From Histomonas meleagridis 2922-C6/04-290x (Eukaryota; Protista; Parabasalia), in NCBI GenBank assembly GCA_020184695.1, contig JAANOX010000236.1, positions 76,823-140,822 on the forward strand: DNA of 64,000 bases, given 5' to 3'. Within the stretch, counting starts at the first letter, position 1. Each line of letters starts with the position of its first letter. Below are positions 33,242 to 45,353 of the stretch, piece after piece. The position numbers were made by a program, and so were the translations under genes. Under the pieces are notes generated by a model. The model was not told the origin of the DNA, did not search any database, and saw nothing but the letters and a program-made list of their open reading frames with translations.

Positions 33242-33852
33242 ACTTGATAAAACTATTCCAATGCGAAAATTTAATAAAATATTATTATCAAAAGTGTTTT
33301 TTAAAATAAAAAATTGTTTTGGCAATTAATGAACAACATCAAAAGCAAAATTTATGAAAAAATTGTTTGAAGTACCACAAGAATCAAAAAAGAAACTTCT
33401 GTCATAATTCATAATGTAAAGGGAGAGTGTGTTTGGTGAGAGTCAAATATTTGAAATTTTCAGAGTATATTACTCAATGAAACGAAGGAGAGTGGAAATT
33501 CTTTAATTCCAGAAGATAAAAAGCACTTACAGAAGAATCTGGTTCCAAAGAATTATCAAATTTTCCAAGTTCATAAACAGATACACAAAGATCACCAGTC
33601 ATTACATTTAATATTATGCTGACTTATTTTCCTTTACAAAGAAGGATTTCTTCCATATATAGAAGTTTTCTCTTTATACAGGTTAAAGCTTGAGTATCGG
33701 TGATTTATTTTTGTGAGGTGAAAAGCGCCGATACTTATTTTTGCCACACAAATCGGATAACCGATAGAAAATTTCGTATTGAATTTTTTACTGCACCCTT
33801 TGAAATTTGTTAAAGCACTTTTTTAATAAAGGAACGGTTGGTCAAAGGATGA

Positions 33853-36800
33853 ATGAGAGATTTATCAGAGAATTGGATCACAAATTTATTATCAGTATCA
33901 AACTCCAGCGCCATAGAAGACCACTGTAATAAGCTTGTGTCTAAGATTCATTCTATTCATGAAGGTAATTTATCAAATTTTGTTGATGAAAGTGTCGATG
34001 ATTTTCTTGAATTAACATCACCACAAATCATCATTGCAATTTTGAGTTCAAATCCGAATAACAAAGAGCATGCTATTTTATTGAATAAGATTTTAGAAAC
34101 ATATTTATCGATTGTTCCTGATATATTCTTTACTAATCATCCAAAGTTTATAGCGTCTGCATTAAAATGTATTGAGAGAGAAGATTATATGTTTTATACT
34201 AACACCGATTTAATCTTTTTTTATACAAATCTTAAAGAATTCATCAATTCAAATATACTTTTAATCATAACAGATCATTTTGAAAATGATATAAATATAA
34301 ATTTCGAAGTTGCTCACTCAGCACTTAAGTTAACATTTTATTTTAAAAATCGATGGGATAAAACGCAATATATGAAATTATTAAATACATTTCTTCAATG
34401 GTTAACAAATTTAATTAATAATTTAGATCGAAATAATTTACGTGATTTTAATGATAAACAAATTATTAATATATTTAATTTATTATTTTCAAATATTGAT
34501 AATAATAACGAAACATATAATGTTATTCAAAATTTACAAATAAAATTTTGTATCGAAATGTTAAATTCGAACTTATTAAGTAAACAATTTAATTCATTAC
34601 ATATGTTACGAAACAAACGGAATTTATCAAATGATTTATTAAAAGAATTACAAAACAATAAAGTAATTGATAATTTAATGGATAATTTACATAATGATTT
34701 ACTTAAAAACTTTTATTGGTTATTTGAACTTATGTTAAAAAAAGAATTATTAACTATTGAACAATTATCGAAATTTTGGAATATCACTGTTACAAGATTT
34801 AGTTCTTCATTAGATTCATGGGTAACGATTTATTCTAATTTACCAACGAATATGTCGAATGAGTTTTGGACAATTATATCTAAAACAGAACTATTTCCAT
34901 TTCAAATATTTTCATTTCTACGTAAACTCGTTGGCTTTACTAAAGATAAAGAGAAAATGTTAATATTCGAATACATATACAAGTTAATATTTCAAGAAAA
35001 AACAGAATATTATGAATATGAAAACTCTTTAATTGAAACAATTCCATATTTTATACCAAATAATAAAGAATTTCGAATTGACATTAAAAATCGATGTTTA
35101 AATTTATTACAAAATAAAACGAAAATTCGAGTTGCGTTAAATATATTAAAGAAAATCGCATTAAATTTTAATGAAAACGAATCAATTGATATGTTTCATC
35201 AATTTTTAAATGTTCATCCTGACTTTGATATAGAAACAAATGAATATTTTAATTTCTTATTAATTAACTTAAGACATTTTAATCATCCATTAAATGAAGA
35301 TGAATCGAATCAATTTGAACAATTATTAATATCAATTATTGAAACAAAACAAAATTTAATACAGAAATTTTTCGAAGATATTTCAAAAACAGAAAAAATT
35401 ATATTTTCTGATGATTTTTTTATAAGTTTTTTATCGAAAATATGTGAATTATCAGATATTAAAAACGAGTCATTTTATTCATTAATAATTTCATTATTTA
35501 AACAAGCGAATTATCGATATTTTGAAGAAAGAATAAATACAATAAATATCATACAAAAAGATTTAGTAGCCATTGATTACATATGGAAATTTTTATATTT
35601 AACATCTTCAAAACAAATTGCGAAGTTTTTATCAATATTATATTTACGTAATAATAATTATAACACCGCGAATTTATATATCGAAAGATGTTTTAAAGAA
35701 CCACTTTCATATGGAAATTTATTATCATTAATATATTCTATTAAAACTAGAGAATCAATAATACCAAAAGACAAAAAAATTAATGAATTTATTATTGACA
35801 CTGATTTAATACCAATTAAAGTTTGTGGTTCTTATGTAGGTCAATTCGTATTTAAGTCACCGATATATTATTTTAAGTTAAAGAATAAAATTTCAAAGTT
35901 TTTTATAATCGAAAAAGATAAATTCGATATAAAAATTAATAATGTTCAACCAGAGATTTCAAGTTTAATAGAATTAAATAATGAAACTATTATAAATATT
36001 ATAACAAAACAAAGAAATATATCAGAGCCTTTACGATTAATTAATTATTTGGCTCAAGAACATTCCCAAAAATTAATAAATTTGATTTCTAACAATCCAG
36101 ATAAAAAATTATCGAAAATTTCATTAAAAATATTAAATTTAATACCTACAAATGAAACAGAAAAAGAAAATTTAATGAAAAATAATATAAATTGGAATGA
36201 TATCTTTGATATATCCAATAAATATTTATTAATTTATCGATTAAATATCATTGGAAAATTAATACAAACGAATTGGGTATATACGTTTATAAAAGAAGGT
36301 ATTAATATATATTTACGAAAACTTATATTCGAAACAAAATTATATCAAAAACATCGAATTATATTAAAAATTATTACAACGTTAATACATAATAAATATA
36401 ATTTCTTTAATAATTTTTTAGAAGAAGATTTAATTAAAGTAATAAATATAATGAATGAAGAAATTAATAATAATAATAATGAACAAATAATTGAAGACTT
36501 CTTAGTTATAATGCATTATATCATAAAAAAGAATTATTTCATTATACCAAATATATCAAATGAAATCGAACTAATGAAAAAGTTAATATTTCATTCGAAT
36601 CCTAAAATGAGAAAATATATATTAAAAATGATCAATTTACGAAAAGAGAAAAAAGAAATATTAATACGAATATTACCATTTTCTGATCATGAATATTGTT
36701 CCGAATATTTTAATTTATTAAAAGAAAATATATCGAAAGAAGATACTGAACTATATCATAAAATATTTAATTATTTAATATCACAATTTAAAACATCGAA

Positions 36801-39800
36801 TGATTTATATGAACAATTTTTAAATGTTAAACCTTATGAAGAATTTATAAATGGAATTATCACAATTCTATTAAAAATAAACTTAGAAAACATTAATACA
36901 ACTGAATTATTAAAGATATTATTAAGTTTAATCGCATTTAATCCAATTAAATATTATAATTTAAATGATAATTTTTATGAACTTTTAGTAAAACTTATGA
37001 GAAATGAACAAAATACTCAAATCATATATGAAACATTAAATCGAATTCATGAAACTATAAAATATAAAACTAATGAAGAAACAAATTCTTTTTTATCAAA
37101 TCCTATAAAACAATATAAAGGTTTAAAGAATTTAGGTTCAACATGTTATGCTAATTCAGTATTACAACAATTTATACATATTAAAGAATTTCGCGATTAT
37201 ATATTATCAATAAATACAAAAAAAGATACATGGATATATGAATTACAATTATTATTTTTACGATTAATGTTTTATCCTACTAAATATGTTGATACCAAAA
37301 AATTCTTTTCTTTATGGAAAGGTTGGGATGGAGAAACCATTAATCCTAATGAACAACAAGATGCTGTTGAATTTCTTCAATTATTGCTTGATAAAATCGA
37401 AGAAAAAATACCAAATTCTACGAATATATTTAAAGGTATTTTCTTACATAAAATCATTGGATTAAATAATAATAATTTCATTAAGTATAATGAAGAAAAA
37501 TTTATAACATTTCCAATCGAAATCTTAAATCATAATAATATTAATGATTCATTTAATAATTTTTTAATACCAGATTTCCATAATGATTATAACTCAGAAG
37601 AAATAGGTAAAATTGATGTGTTAAGATATCATCAAATATTAAAAGCACCGAAAATCATTATAATACAATTAAAACGTTTTATTTATGACTTTAAAAGTGA
37701 TCAACGTCGGAAAATAGATTCGAAATTTTATTATCCGAATGAATTAAATATATCGAAATTAATGATCAACAATAAATCAATACAATATGAATTAATAGGT
37801 ATTATTATCCATAATGGTACTGCATTTGAAGGACATTATTATTCATATGTTAAAATTAATAATGATTGGTATTGTTTTAATGATATTAAAGTCGAAAAAT
37901 GTAAATTTAATGAAAACAAAAACATTTCGACAATCATTGAAACTAATTCATCGACTGCTTATATATTATTTTATAAGAAAATTAAACATAAAACTAAAAC
38001 TAATTATAAAATTAATGAACAAATTATGGAAATATTATCCAAAGAAATACAAAAAATTTTACAAAAACAAGTTATAACAAGTAATTCATATTCCAATTTC
38101 ATATATAATATATCGAAAAATAATTTTCCGTTTTTATTTACATTTATATATAAATGTTTAAATAACTCACAAAATAATGAAATGATATCGAAGTTTTTCA
38201 ATAAGTTACAATTACTTTTAAATGAAGAAAATTCAAATTTTATTATAAATAATTTTAAGAATTGTTGTAAGCCAATGTTATTAAAGAATTCCAATAAATT
38301 TATACGTGAAAATTATTCCAATATATTAACAAGAGCAATCCAAATTTTAAATGATCCAAAAGAAAACCAAAAATTATTTGAATTTATATTAACATTTAAT
38401 AGTATTAAATATTGGAAAAACTTTGACGAATTCTTTATATCATTAAATTATTTATATAACTCATTAAATATCGATAATTTATTATCATTAATATTCAATT
38501 TCTTAAATAACATTATACCAAATTATGTACGGAAACATCAAGTTAATAATTTATATCAACAAATTAACTTGAAAAATATATTTCAAGTTTTAAATAATAT
38601 TTTGTATAAATCAAATTGCAAAGTTAAATATAAAGAAATTATATTCTCGTTCGAATTCATTGATCATTGGTTACAATCAAATTATCATTCGATGGAATTC
38701 TTACATTTATTAAATATATTTATCATCGAATTTCCAGAATTATCAATATTTTATTTCCATTACTTAAGTAATAATTCAACAAAATTCTCAGTCGAATTAA
38801 TTTCACGTAACTTTTCGATATTAATTAACCCAAATGATGAAGATTGTTCGAATTATTTGTCTTGGATGTTTTCATTTTTAAGATCAAAATCAACAAATTA
38901 TTGTGTTAAATTCATACAGAACTTAAATATTCAACAAAATATTGACTTTATACATTTAATTTTAGATTTTCAAGACTTTTGGATTCCAAATTTATTATTA
39001 TCAAATGATTTAAACTTAAATGAAATTACACGAAAATTGTTAAACGTAAATAATACAAATGTATCGTTGAGTAACTTTTTGAGAATTTTACTTCATAAAC
39101 TTTTTAAGATCAAACCGAAAAATCCCATTCAAACAATATCAATATTTAAATTAATGAAAAAAATTATAAAAAAAGATAATAAATTAGCAAAAAAGTTACT
39201 TAAATATTCACAACAATTTATAGAATTACTTTATTCATATTTAAATATGTTATTAAAAGAAAATTTATCGATAAAATATTTAGTTGAATTAATTTACACA
39301 AGTAAAAATTATAATAAAATATTTTTTTCACAGATTTCCATTACGAAATTTCTATCAGCGTTTAATAATATTAATTTAGATAATGAATTAAATGTTTATA
39401 TTATTTATTTGATCATTAATTTCTTACCCAAAGAATATTCATTCGAATTAATTCAATCGGAACTATTTAACCGAATTATATTATATTGTCTAAAAGATAA
39501 ATGTCACAAATCGAATGATTTTTATTTATTTATTATCAATTTATTCAACAAAAACACATATCATTTAATAGCTAATGCAATTTGGCAAATTAAAAATCAT
39601 AAAAACATTCGAAAGAATTATTATACTAAAATTACAATCAAATTATTAAAAATATATCCGAAAACTTCGAATATATTTATGGAACTTAAAGTTAATAATT
39701 CATTACTTATAACATCAACTAAAAGAATTAACAAAAATATAACAAATGAACTTATGATATTAAAGACATTTACTGATATATATAACGAAGAAGATAAATC

Positions 39801-40272
39801 TAAAGACAAAAATTGGATACAAAAGAAATTCATAAATCCAATTATTAAATTTTGGCAACAAAACAAATTATTCATAAAGAACTTAATCCAAAACATCCGA
39901 AATAATTTAGAAGCAATTATTAATATATTAATTTGCGTAATATATTTATCAAATGATATGTTAATATTTGTATTTGAACAATTGTTTTTGAATCAAATAA
40001 AATTATCAAATTATAATGAAAAAGAAAGAAAAGTTATAATACTTTTACTAGAAAATATTACATTTCTGTTATCAAATGATATAAATTATAAAGAACGAAT
40101 CTTGAAAATGTTAATGAACGAATTCGTTTTATTAATTAATGAAAATGTTTTCGATGAATTTATATTATTATCTTTGAATAGACAAATTAATTACATATTA
40201 GACAAAATACCAAATAAAATAATACAAAACGATTACAATGTTTGTTTGAAAAAATGGAAAAGTAAAAAATAG
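33853..40272 (+). CDS. Large ubiquitin C-terminal hydrolase (peptidase C19; USP9/24/34-like)
   Basis: Cys box GLKNLGSTCYANSVLQQF, QQDAVEF, His box HNGTAFEGHYYSY and WYCFND. Confidence 0.92.
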   Translation: MRDLSENWITNLLSVSNSSAIEDHCNKLVSKIHSIHEGNLSNFVDESVDDFLELTSPQIIIAILSSNPNNKEHAILLNKILETYLSIVPDIFFTNHPKFIASALKCIEREDYMFYTNTDLIFFYTNLKEFINSNILLIITDHFENDININFEVAHSALKLTFYFKNRWDKTQYMKLLNTFLQWLTNLINNLDRNNLRDFNDKQIINIFNLLFSNIDNNNETYNVIQNLQIKFCIEMLNSNLLSKQFNSLHMLRNKRNLSNDLLKELQNNKVIDNLMDNLHNDLLKNFYWLFELMLKKELLTIEQLSKFWNITVTRFSSSLDSWVTIYSNLPTNMSNEFWTIISKTELFPFQIFSFLRKLVGFTKDKEKMLIFEYIYKLIFQEKTEYYEYENSLIETIPYFIPNNKEFRIDIKNRCLNLLQNKTKIRVALNILKKIALNFNENESIDMFHQFLNVHPDFDIETNEYFNFLLINLRHFNHPLNEDESNQFEQLLISIIETKQNLIQKFFEDISKTEKIIFSDDFFISFLSKICELSDIKNESFYSLIISLFKQANYRYFEERINTINIIQKDLVAIDYIWKFLYLTSSKQIAKFLSILYLRNNNYNTANLYIERCFKEPLSYGNLLSLIYSIKTRESIIPKDKKINEFIIDTDLIPIKVCGSYVGQFVFKSPIYYFKLKNKISKFFIIEKDKFDIKINNVQPEISSLIELNNETIINIITKQRNISEPLRLINYLAQEHSQKLINLISNNPDKKLSKISLKILNLIPTNETEKENLMKNNINWNDIFDISNKYLLIYRLNIIGKLIQTNWVYTFIKEGINIYLRKLIFETKLYQKHRIILKIITTLIHNKYNFFNNFLEEDLIKVINIMNEEINNNNNEQIIEDFLVIMHYIIKKNYFIIPNISNEIELMKKLIFHSNPKMRKYILKMINLRKEKKEILIRILPFSDHEYCSEYFNLLKENISKEDTELYHKIFNYLISQFKTSNDLYEQFLNVKPYEEFINGIITILLKINLENINTTELLKILLSLIAFNPIKYYNLNDNFYELLVKLMRNEQNTQIIYETLNRIHETIKYKTNEETNSFLSNPIKQYKGLKNLGSTCYANSVLQQFIHIKEFRDYILSINTKKDTWIYELQLLFLRLMFYPTKYVDTKKFFSLWKGWDGETINPNEQQDAVEFLQLLLDKIEEKIPNSTNIFKGIFLHKIIGLNNNNFIKYNEEKFITFPIEILNHNNINDSFNNFLIPDFHNDYNSEEIGKIDVLRYHQILKAPKIIIIQLKRFIYDFKSDQRRKIDSKFYYPNELNISKLMINNKSIQYELIGIIIHNGTAFEGHYYSYVKINNDWYCFNDIKVEKCKFNENKNISTIIETNSSTAYILFYKKIKHKTKTNYKINEQIMEILSKEIQKILQKQVITSNSYSNFIYNISKNNFPFLFTFIYKCLNNSQNNEMISKFFNKLQLLLNEENSNFIINNFKNCCKPMLLKNSNKFIRENYSNILTRAIQILNDPKENQKLFEFILTFNSIKYWKNFDEFFISLNYLYNSLNIDNLLSLIFNFLNNIIPNYVRKHQVNNLYQQINLKNIFQVLNNILYKSNCKVKYKEIIFSFEFIDHWLQSNYHSMEFLHLLNIFIIEFPELSIFYFHYLSNNSTKFSVELISRNFSILINPNDEDCSNYLSWMFSFLRSKSTNYCVKFIQNLNIQQNIDFIHLILDFQDFWIPNLLLSNDLNLNEITRKLLNVNNTNVSLSNFLRILLHKLFKIKPKNPIQTISIFKLMKKIIKKDNKLAKKLLKYSQQFIELLYSYLNMLLKENLSIKYLVELIYTSKNYNKIFFSQISITKFLSAFNNINLDNELNVYIIYLIINFLPKEYSFELIQSELFNRIILYCLKDKCHKSNDFYLFIINLFNKNTYHLIANAIWQIKNHKNIRKNYYTKITIKLLKIYPKTSNIFMELKVNNSLLITSTKRINKNITNELMILKTFTDIYNEEDKSKDKNWIQKKFINPIIKFWQQNKLFIKNLIQNIRNNLEAIINILICVIYLSNDMLIFVFEQLFLNQIKLSNYNEKERKVIILLLENITFLLSNDINYKERILKMLMNEFVLLINENVFDEFILLSLNRQINYILDKIPNKIIQNDYNVCLKKWKSKK

Positions 40273-40280
40273 AACTTTCA

Positions 40281-41423
40281 TCATTTGATTGTTGAAATGT
40301 TTTGATATAAACGTTGGATTCTATCGTCTTTGGATTCAATGGTTTTCTTTACTCTGTGGGCAATTTGTTCCATCGTTTTCTGATGTTCAGTTTTTAACGT
40401 TTCGATTTCGTTTTTGTTTTCATTTCGCATTTCTTCGATTTGCGCTTTGAGTCTTGTGATGTTTGCATTGAGTAATTCGTTTTGTTTGGTGACATTTTGT
40501 AACTCAATCGTTTTACAATCGATTTCTTTTTTGTGTTTCTCTTCGTTTTCTTTGAATGCTTTCGTTTCGTTTTCTTTTTCGTTTTGTTTTGATGATAATT
40601 TTTGTTGAAGTTCTTCAATTTGTAGCTTTAATTTGTTGCATTCGCATTTCTGAAGTTTATTTTGAAGTGACTTTTTTTCCTTATCGTTTAACTCTTTTTG
40701 TGTTTTGTAGAGATGCAATTGTCGTTTAATTGATTCAATTTCAGTGGATAATGAATTCTCTTCTTTACGGTTTCGGTCGTTTGTGTTTTGAAGTTGATCT
40801 TGAAGTGATGTAATTTCTTCATTTGCATCTAATGAAAGTTTTTTCGTGACTTCTTTTATTATGAACTTGTGTTTGTTTTCAAGGCGCGTGATTTCGTTTT
40901 TTGTTTTTTGTTGAAATTCAGAACGAAGATTTTCAATTCGAATGGATTGCCATTGAAGTCGTTCTGTTTCAAGTTTTTGTTTCATTTGTTGCTTAACCAA
41001 TTCTATTTCTTGTGGAACTTTTGAGAGTTGAAGTGAAAGATCATTTTTCATTTTTTGTTCTTTTTCAAGTGCTGTTTCCTTCATGGCTTTTATCTCTCTA
41101 TCACATTCTTCATTTATTTTATTGATTTCCCGTTCATTTTCTGATTTAAGATCTTGAGATTTTGTATTAAATTTTTCATTTTCATTTTCAATATGTATAT
41201 TATGATCTGATTTAAGATCTTGGATTTCTTTTGCATGCTTGTCAAGTATTTTTTGTAATTGAGGTTCAAGTGATTTTATTATATCATCCCTACAATTTGC
41301 TAATAAAGATTGAGCTTCAATAAATTGTTGTTTTAACTTTTCATAAATTTCTTTTAATTTTTGGTTTTCTTGTGTAACTCTTTGTAGAAACTCTTGATTT
41401 TGATCTACAATCTTTCTCGACAT
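40281..41423 (-). CDS. Long coiled-coil protein (C-terminus reminiscent of CEP131)
   Basis: Heptad-rich throughout. Terminal QIAHRVKKTIESKDDRIQRL recalls the CEP131 C-terminus; weak. Confidence 0.45.
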   Translation of the reverse strand: MSRKIVDQNQEFLQRVTQENQKLKEIYEKLKQQFIEAQSLLANCRDDIIKSLEPQLQKILDKHAKEIQDLKSDHNIHIENENEKFNTKSQDLKSENEREINKINEECDREIKAMKETALEKEQKMKNDLSLQLSKVPQEIELVKQQMKQKLETERLQWQSIRIENLRSEFQQKTKNEITRLENKHKFIIKEVTKKLSLDANEEITSLQDQLQNTNDRNRKEENSLSTEIESIKRQLHLYKTQKELNDKEKKSLQNKLQKCECNKLKLQIEELQQKLSSKQNEKENETKAFKENEEKHKKEIDCKTIELQNVTKQNELLNANITRLKAQIEEMRNENKNEIETLKTEHQKTMEQIAHRVKKTIESKDDRIQRLYQNISTIK

Positions 41424-41481
41424 TCATTTGAAGACGTTTATTTTTCTTAACGTTTCTTAATGTAAAAGTGACAAGTTAATA

Positions 41482-41901
41482 ATGTGTGCTGAAGCAGTAA
41501 AAATTCGACCTTCAGCAAAACGTCTTCGAGAACTTTATCGAGAACTAGATGAAAGAAATCGCTCTTCATTAGCAAACAAATATTCTTTAAAGAATATTTT
41601 CCCTATGATTATTCTTCCAAAAGATAAAGATGTAATTCCATTACAAAATTGGTTCCTTATGCGAATGAAATTAAGTAAGCCATTTACCTCTAAAAAGACA
41701 ATTCCGTCAATGCTTATGATTTATGGCTTTGTTGTTGAATGGCATGAAGATAAATATCCAAAGCCAGACTATAGCACAGATTATTTTGTAAGGTTTGAAG
41801 ATGACGATCAAGTAGAAGCAGCAATAATAGCATCACGTAAAAAAAGAATCAGAGTTGGTTCGCAAATTGTTAAATGTTACAGAGTTACTGAAGTGAGATA
41901 A
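41482..41901 (+). CDS. Hypothetical protein
   Basis: 139-aa ORF between convergent neighbours; YFVRFEDDDQVEAAI is RRM-like. Confidence 0.45.
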   Translation: MCAEAVKIRPSAKRLRELYRELDERNRSSLANKYSLKNIFPMIILPKDKDVIPLQNWFLMRMKLSKPFTSKKTIPSMLMIYGFVVEWHEDKYPKPDYSTDYFVRFEDDDQVEAAIIASRKKRIRVGSQIVKCYRVTEVR

Positions 41902-42062
41902 TAAAATAAAACAAATATACAAATAAAAATCCTTTATCTTGATATTTATTTTTTGTTTCAAAGATCAAAATATTAAAAATTGTTAAGTGTTTTAGAAGAG
42001 AACAACACATTTTTTTAAATAATTTTTTTTCATTGAGTTTAGTGAATTAAGTTATTTTCATC

Positions 42063-43082
42063 TTAATGATTTGACTTCTGAAGCCAATCCAAAGCAACAT
42101 CTCTTTCTTTAATGAGATCCTTTTCAGTGTCCTTAAGCTTTTCTTGAAGCCAATCTTGAATTGAAAGATCTCTTACAATATGAACTTTTCCATTTTTATC
42201 GATTGTGCATGGCAATGAATACACAATTCCTGGTTCCAAACCATAAGGCCTGTCTTCAGGTACAATGACGCCAATAGATAATATTTCACCAGGCTTTGTT
42301 CCAAATAACCAAGCTTTCATATGCTGTATAGCAGATTTTGAAGGAGAAGCTGCAGAAGTCATTCCTCTACATTCAAGAACATCCCAAGCTCTATGACGTA
42401 TCTTTTCAATGAATTCTTCCTTTAAGTATTTATCTTCAACGAAATCAACAATTGGAATATTATTTCCATTCGTTTCTACTGTTGCATGAGTAATATCAGG
42501 AACCATTGTTTCACCATGATTACCCCAAACAATTACACCACGGACTTGGTTTTTATCAACTCCGATTTTATTAGCAATTTCAGATATTGCTCTATTATGG
42601 TCAAGTAATGATAATGAAGTAAAGTTTTCTTTTTTAAGATTTTCACAGCAAAATGAAGATACGAATGCATTTGTGTTATCGGGATTTCCTATAACTAAAA
42701 CTTTACATGTTTGCTTTGCGAATTTTGATAACCAAATACCAATATTCATAAAAATCGGTGCATTTGCTATAAGCATATCTGCTCTTACTTGTCCTGGCTT
42801 TAATGGAACACTGGCAACAAGGAATGCACAATCAATATCAGTAAATGCTTCTTCTGGATCTGTTGTTGCTACGATTCCAGAAAGATAAGGAAAAGCACAA
42901 TCATTAAGTTCCATAACTAAACCTTCAAGTCTCTTTTGTGCTGCTGGAATTTCGAATAAATGTAAAATAATGTTTCGTTCTCCATAGAGTTCACCTGAAG
43001 CAATCCAATGAGATAAAATATATCCTATTTGTCCTGCTGCACCAGTAACTAAAATACGAGCTGGTTCTTGTTGAGAATCCAT
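42063..43082 (-). CDS. LDH: Trichomonad lactate dehydrogenase (cytosolic-MDH-derived)
   Basis: VTGAAGQIGY, GNPDNTN, WGNHG, TSAASP. The specificity loop VPLKPGQVR has Leu where MDH has Arg (PRKxGMER), as in T. vaginalis LDH. Confidence 0.85.
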   Translation of the reverse strand: MDSQQEPARILVTGAAGQIGYILSHWIASGELYGERNIILHLFEIPAAQKRLEGLVMELNDCAFPYLSGIVATTDPEEAFTDIDCAFLVASVPLKPGQVRADMLIANAPIFMNIGIWLSKFAKQTCKVLVIGNPDNTNAFVSSFCCENLKKENFTSLSLLDHNRAISEIANKIGVDKNQVRGVIVWGNHGETMVPDITHATVETNGNNIPIVDFVEDKYLKEEFIEKIRHRAWDVLECRGMTSAASPSKSAIQHMKAWLFGTKPGEILSIGVIVPEDRPYGLEPGIVYSLPCTIDKNGKVHIVRDLSIQDWLQEKLKDTEKDLIKERDVALDWLQKSNH

Positions 43083-44617
43083 ATATAAAAGTGATGAATA
43101 AAATTTAGATTCTTGTTTCGTAAAAAATTTCATTCATTTAAAAAACGAATTCATTTTATTAAAGAATTTAATAAGATAAGATAATAATTGTATGCAAAAT
43201 ATTCAATCGAAAATAGTACTATAAACCATTTTTTTCAATAAGATAAAATAATACTTTTGGGACAATTTTCAAAATACATATCATCTACTCTATTATTATA
43301 AAAAACCAATTTGTAATAACACGTGTAAAATAAAAAGACATATTTAGGAACTTAAGTTCAATATTTTGAAGGAATGAAATAAAAAGAAGAATGATATTAC
43401 AAATAAGAGAAAGATAAAATTTATTATCACATATAATTTATTTAAATTTCGTTTAGTATTTTAATTCTCAACAACATATTTCCACTGTAAAAATCATTGA
43501 ACTATTTCATATTGCTTTAAATAATGATATATCATTAAAGGATATCCTTTAATATTTAAAATTTTCAAAAAGATAAAGATTCGATTTCAACAATGACTTA
43601 TATCAGAGTTTTTTGTTTTATGCATGAAACAATAATTTTGTTAAAATAATATTAATTTTTAATTTTTTAGCATGTGCGTCATATAATATATAGTATCATC
43701 AAGGATATTGAACAATCATTTTTTAATTCAAGTTCCGTGCATTATTTTCCTTTAAGTAAAGGATTTTACTTGTTTCTGAAGAATCACCAAAAAATTTGAA
43801 AATTTATTTTTTTTTAAAGAATCATAAAAAATAGTAACTAGAAATGTTTTTTAATTCCAAGTTGCGCTAAAAAGGTTACTTGATAAATAATTTAATTCAA
43901 TTATCATCAAGATCCCATGGCTCTTCCCAATATAATTCAGCAAGAAAATTGCATGCAATTTGACATTGAGAATTTTCACAATCACAGCTTGTTCCAATTT
44001 TGGTCAACTGAAAATCATCGAATGCATTTCGACAAATTCTTTGATGTTCTTTCGACCTATATCTTTTTTCACAATAGCTTTTGAGTTTTTGTTGAACTTC
44101 TTGACTACGAGTATATTGTATTCCTTGAAATATACGTTCAAAAGAGCAAAAAGAAGCAACATCAGAGCAATCTGCCGTTGTTCACAACTGCGGAGGTTAT
44201 ACACAATATTTTAATGCTTTACTTTTTAAATTAAAATTTTGAATATAAATTTGATTATCTAACCGCAAAGAAAAAAAAATAACCTTGAAAAAATTAAATT
44301 TCTTGGAAAATATTCATTTTTTAAGTTATATTAACATAGCTGCTAAATGTGTACCTGTGTTTGTCTTTACAAACAAGATGTGTTTTTATTAATGAAGTCA
44401 ATTGTTTCAAACATCAATTAATTAACCAATTTTATGGTATTTCTATAAAAAATTATTCCTCTTGACTTAAAAATATTTAATAATTCTATCTGAATATATA
44501 CATTTTTTTTGAACAAAACAAGATTGAGTACTCAATCAACATATGTTTCCGGAGTTTCACTCGAATTTGATGTAATTTCTTACCATAACAAAAATATACA
44601 GAGAGTTGTTTAACGAG

Positions 44618-44881
44618 TTATTTTCGATCAATACCCCAGGGTTCTTCTTTATATAGCATAGCAATGAAATCGCATGCTTGCTGACAAGCAGATTTCTTGC
44701 ACTTACAATTTGAAGGTCCGATATTGCCTTCTGGTTCAAAATTTTTGTATGAATCTAGGCATACTTTCTTTTCTGGACCAAATTTCTCGCAAAATTTTTC
44801 GAGTTCATTCTTAACTTCAGCAGCACGATCTAATTTTACATCATCAAAAAGTAACTTGAAACAAAGCACAAAAAGAAACAT
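44618..44881 (-). CDS. Small secreted Cys-rich protein (possibly saposin-like)
   Basis: Hydrophobic N-terminus MFLFVLCFKLLF followed by six further Cys in ~75 aa. Confidence 0.35.
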   Translation of the reverse strand: MFLFVLCFKLLFDDVKLDRAAEVKNELEKFCEKFGPEKKVCLDSYKNFEPEGNIGPSNCKCKKSACQQACDFIAMLYKEEPWGIDRK

Positions 44882-45353
44882 TAAAACAATTTGTTGTTTG
44901 TTTGAATTTTGAAAATGTTGTCTAATTCGTTTTGTCATTTTGACAAATTTGACTCATGTTCCTAATCGATCAAAACCGTTAGATTTTTGGAAAAATTTTG
45001 TAAATTTTACAACCAAAATTGCGTTTAACCTCATACATTGTTTTCATTTGAGTCGAATCAGAAATCTAAAAGATGAACTTTTAAAACAATAAATTTCTTG
45101 AAAAGAATCACTATATTTTAATTCAGAGCTTTCAATTTTTTATAAATTTCTGATGATTTTTTTAAACTATAAACTTAAATGTTATAATTCATAAGCATAC
45201 ATTTCTTTGATTTGTTAAGAATTTCTCTTGTCTAAGGTAGAAGCTTGAACAATTGGATAATTATCCAAAAAAAAAAATTAAAAACGAAATTTATTACCGA
45301 AGTTTTCTGACAATTTTTTTTGTGAACTAATAATAATGTCAGAAAATAACTGT

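Noticed and set aside
33340-33620. Possible transposase (Zn-finger-like FCHNS*CKGRVC) remnant
   Set aside because: Too short and degenerate; no terminal repeats or catalytic motifs visible.
43960-44214. Small overlapping ORFs on both strands
   Set aside because: No recognisable motifs; cannot support either as a gene.
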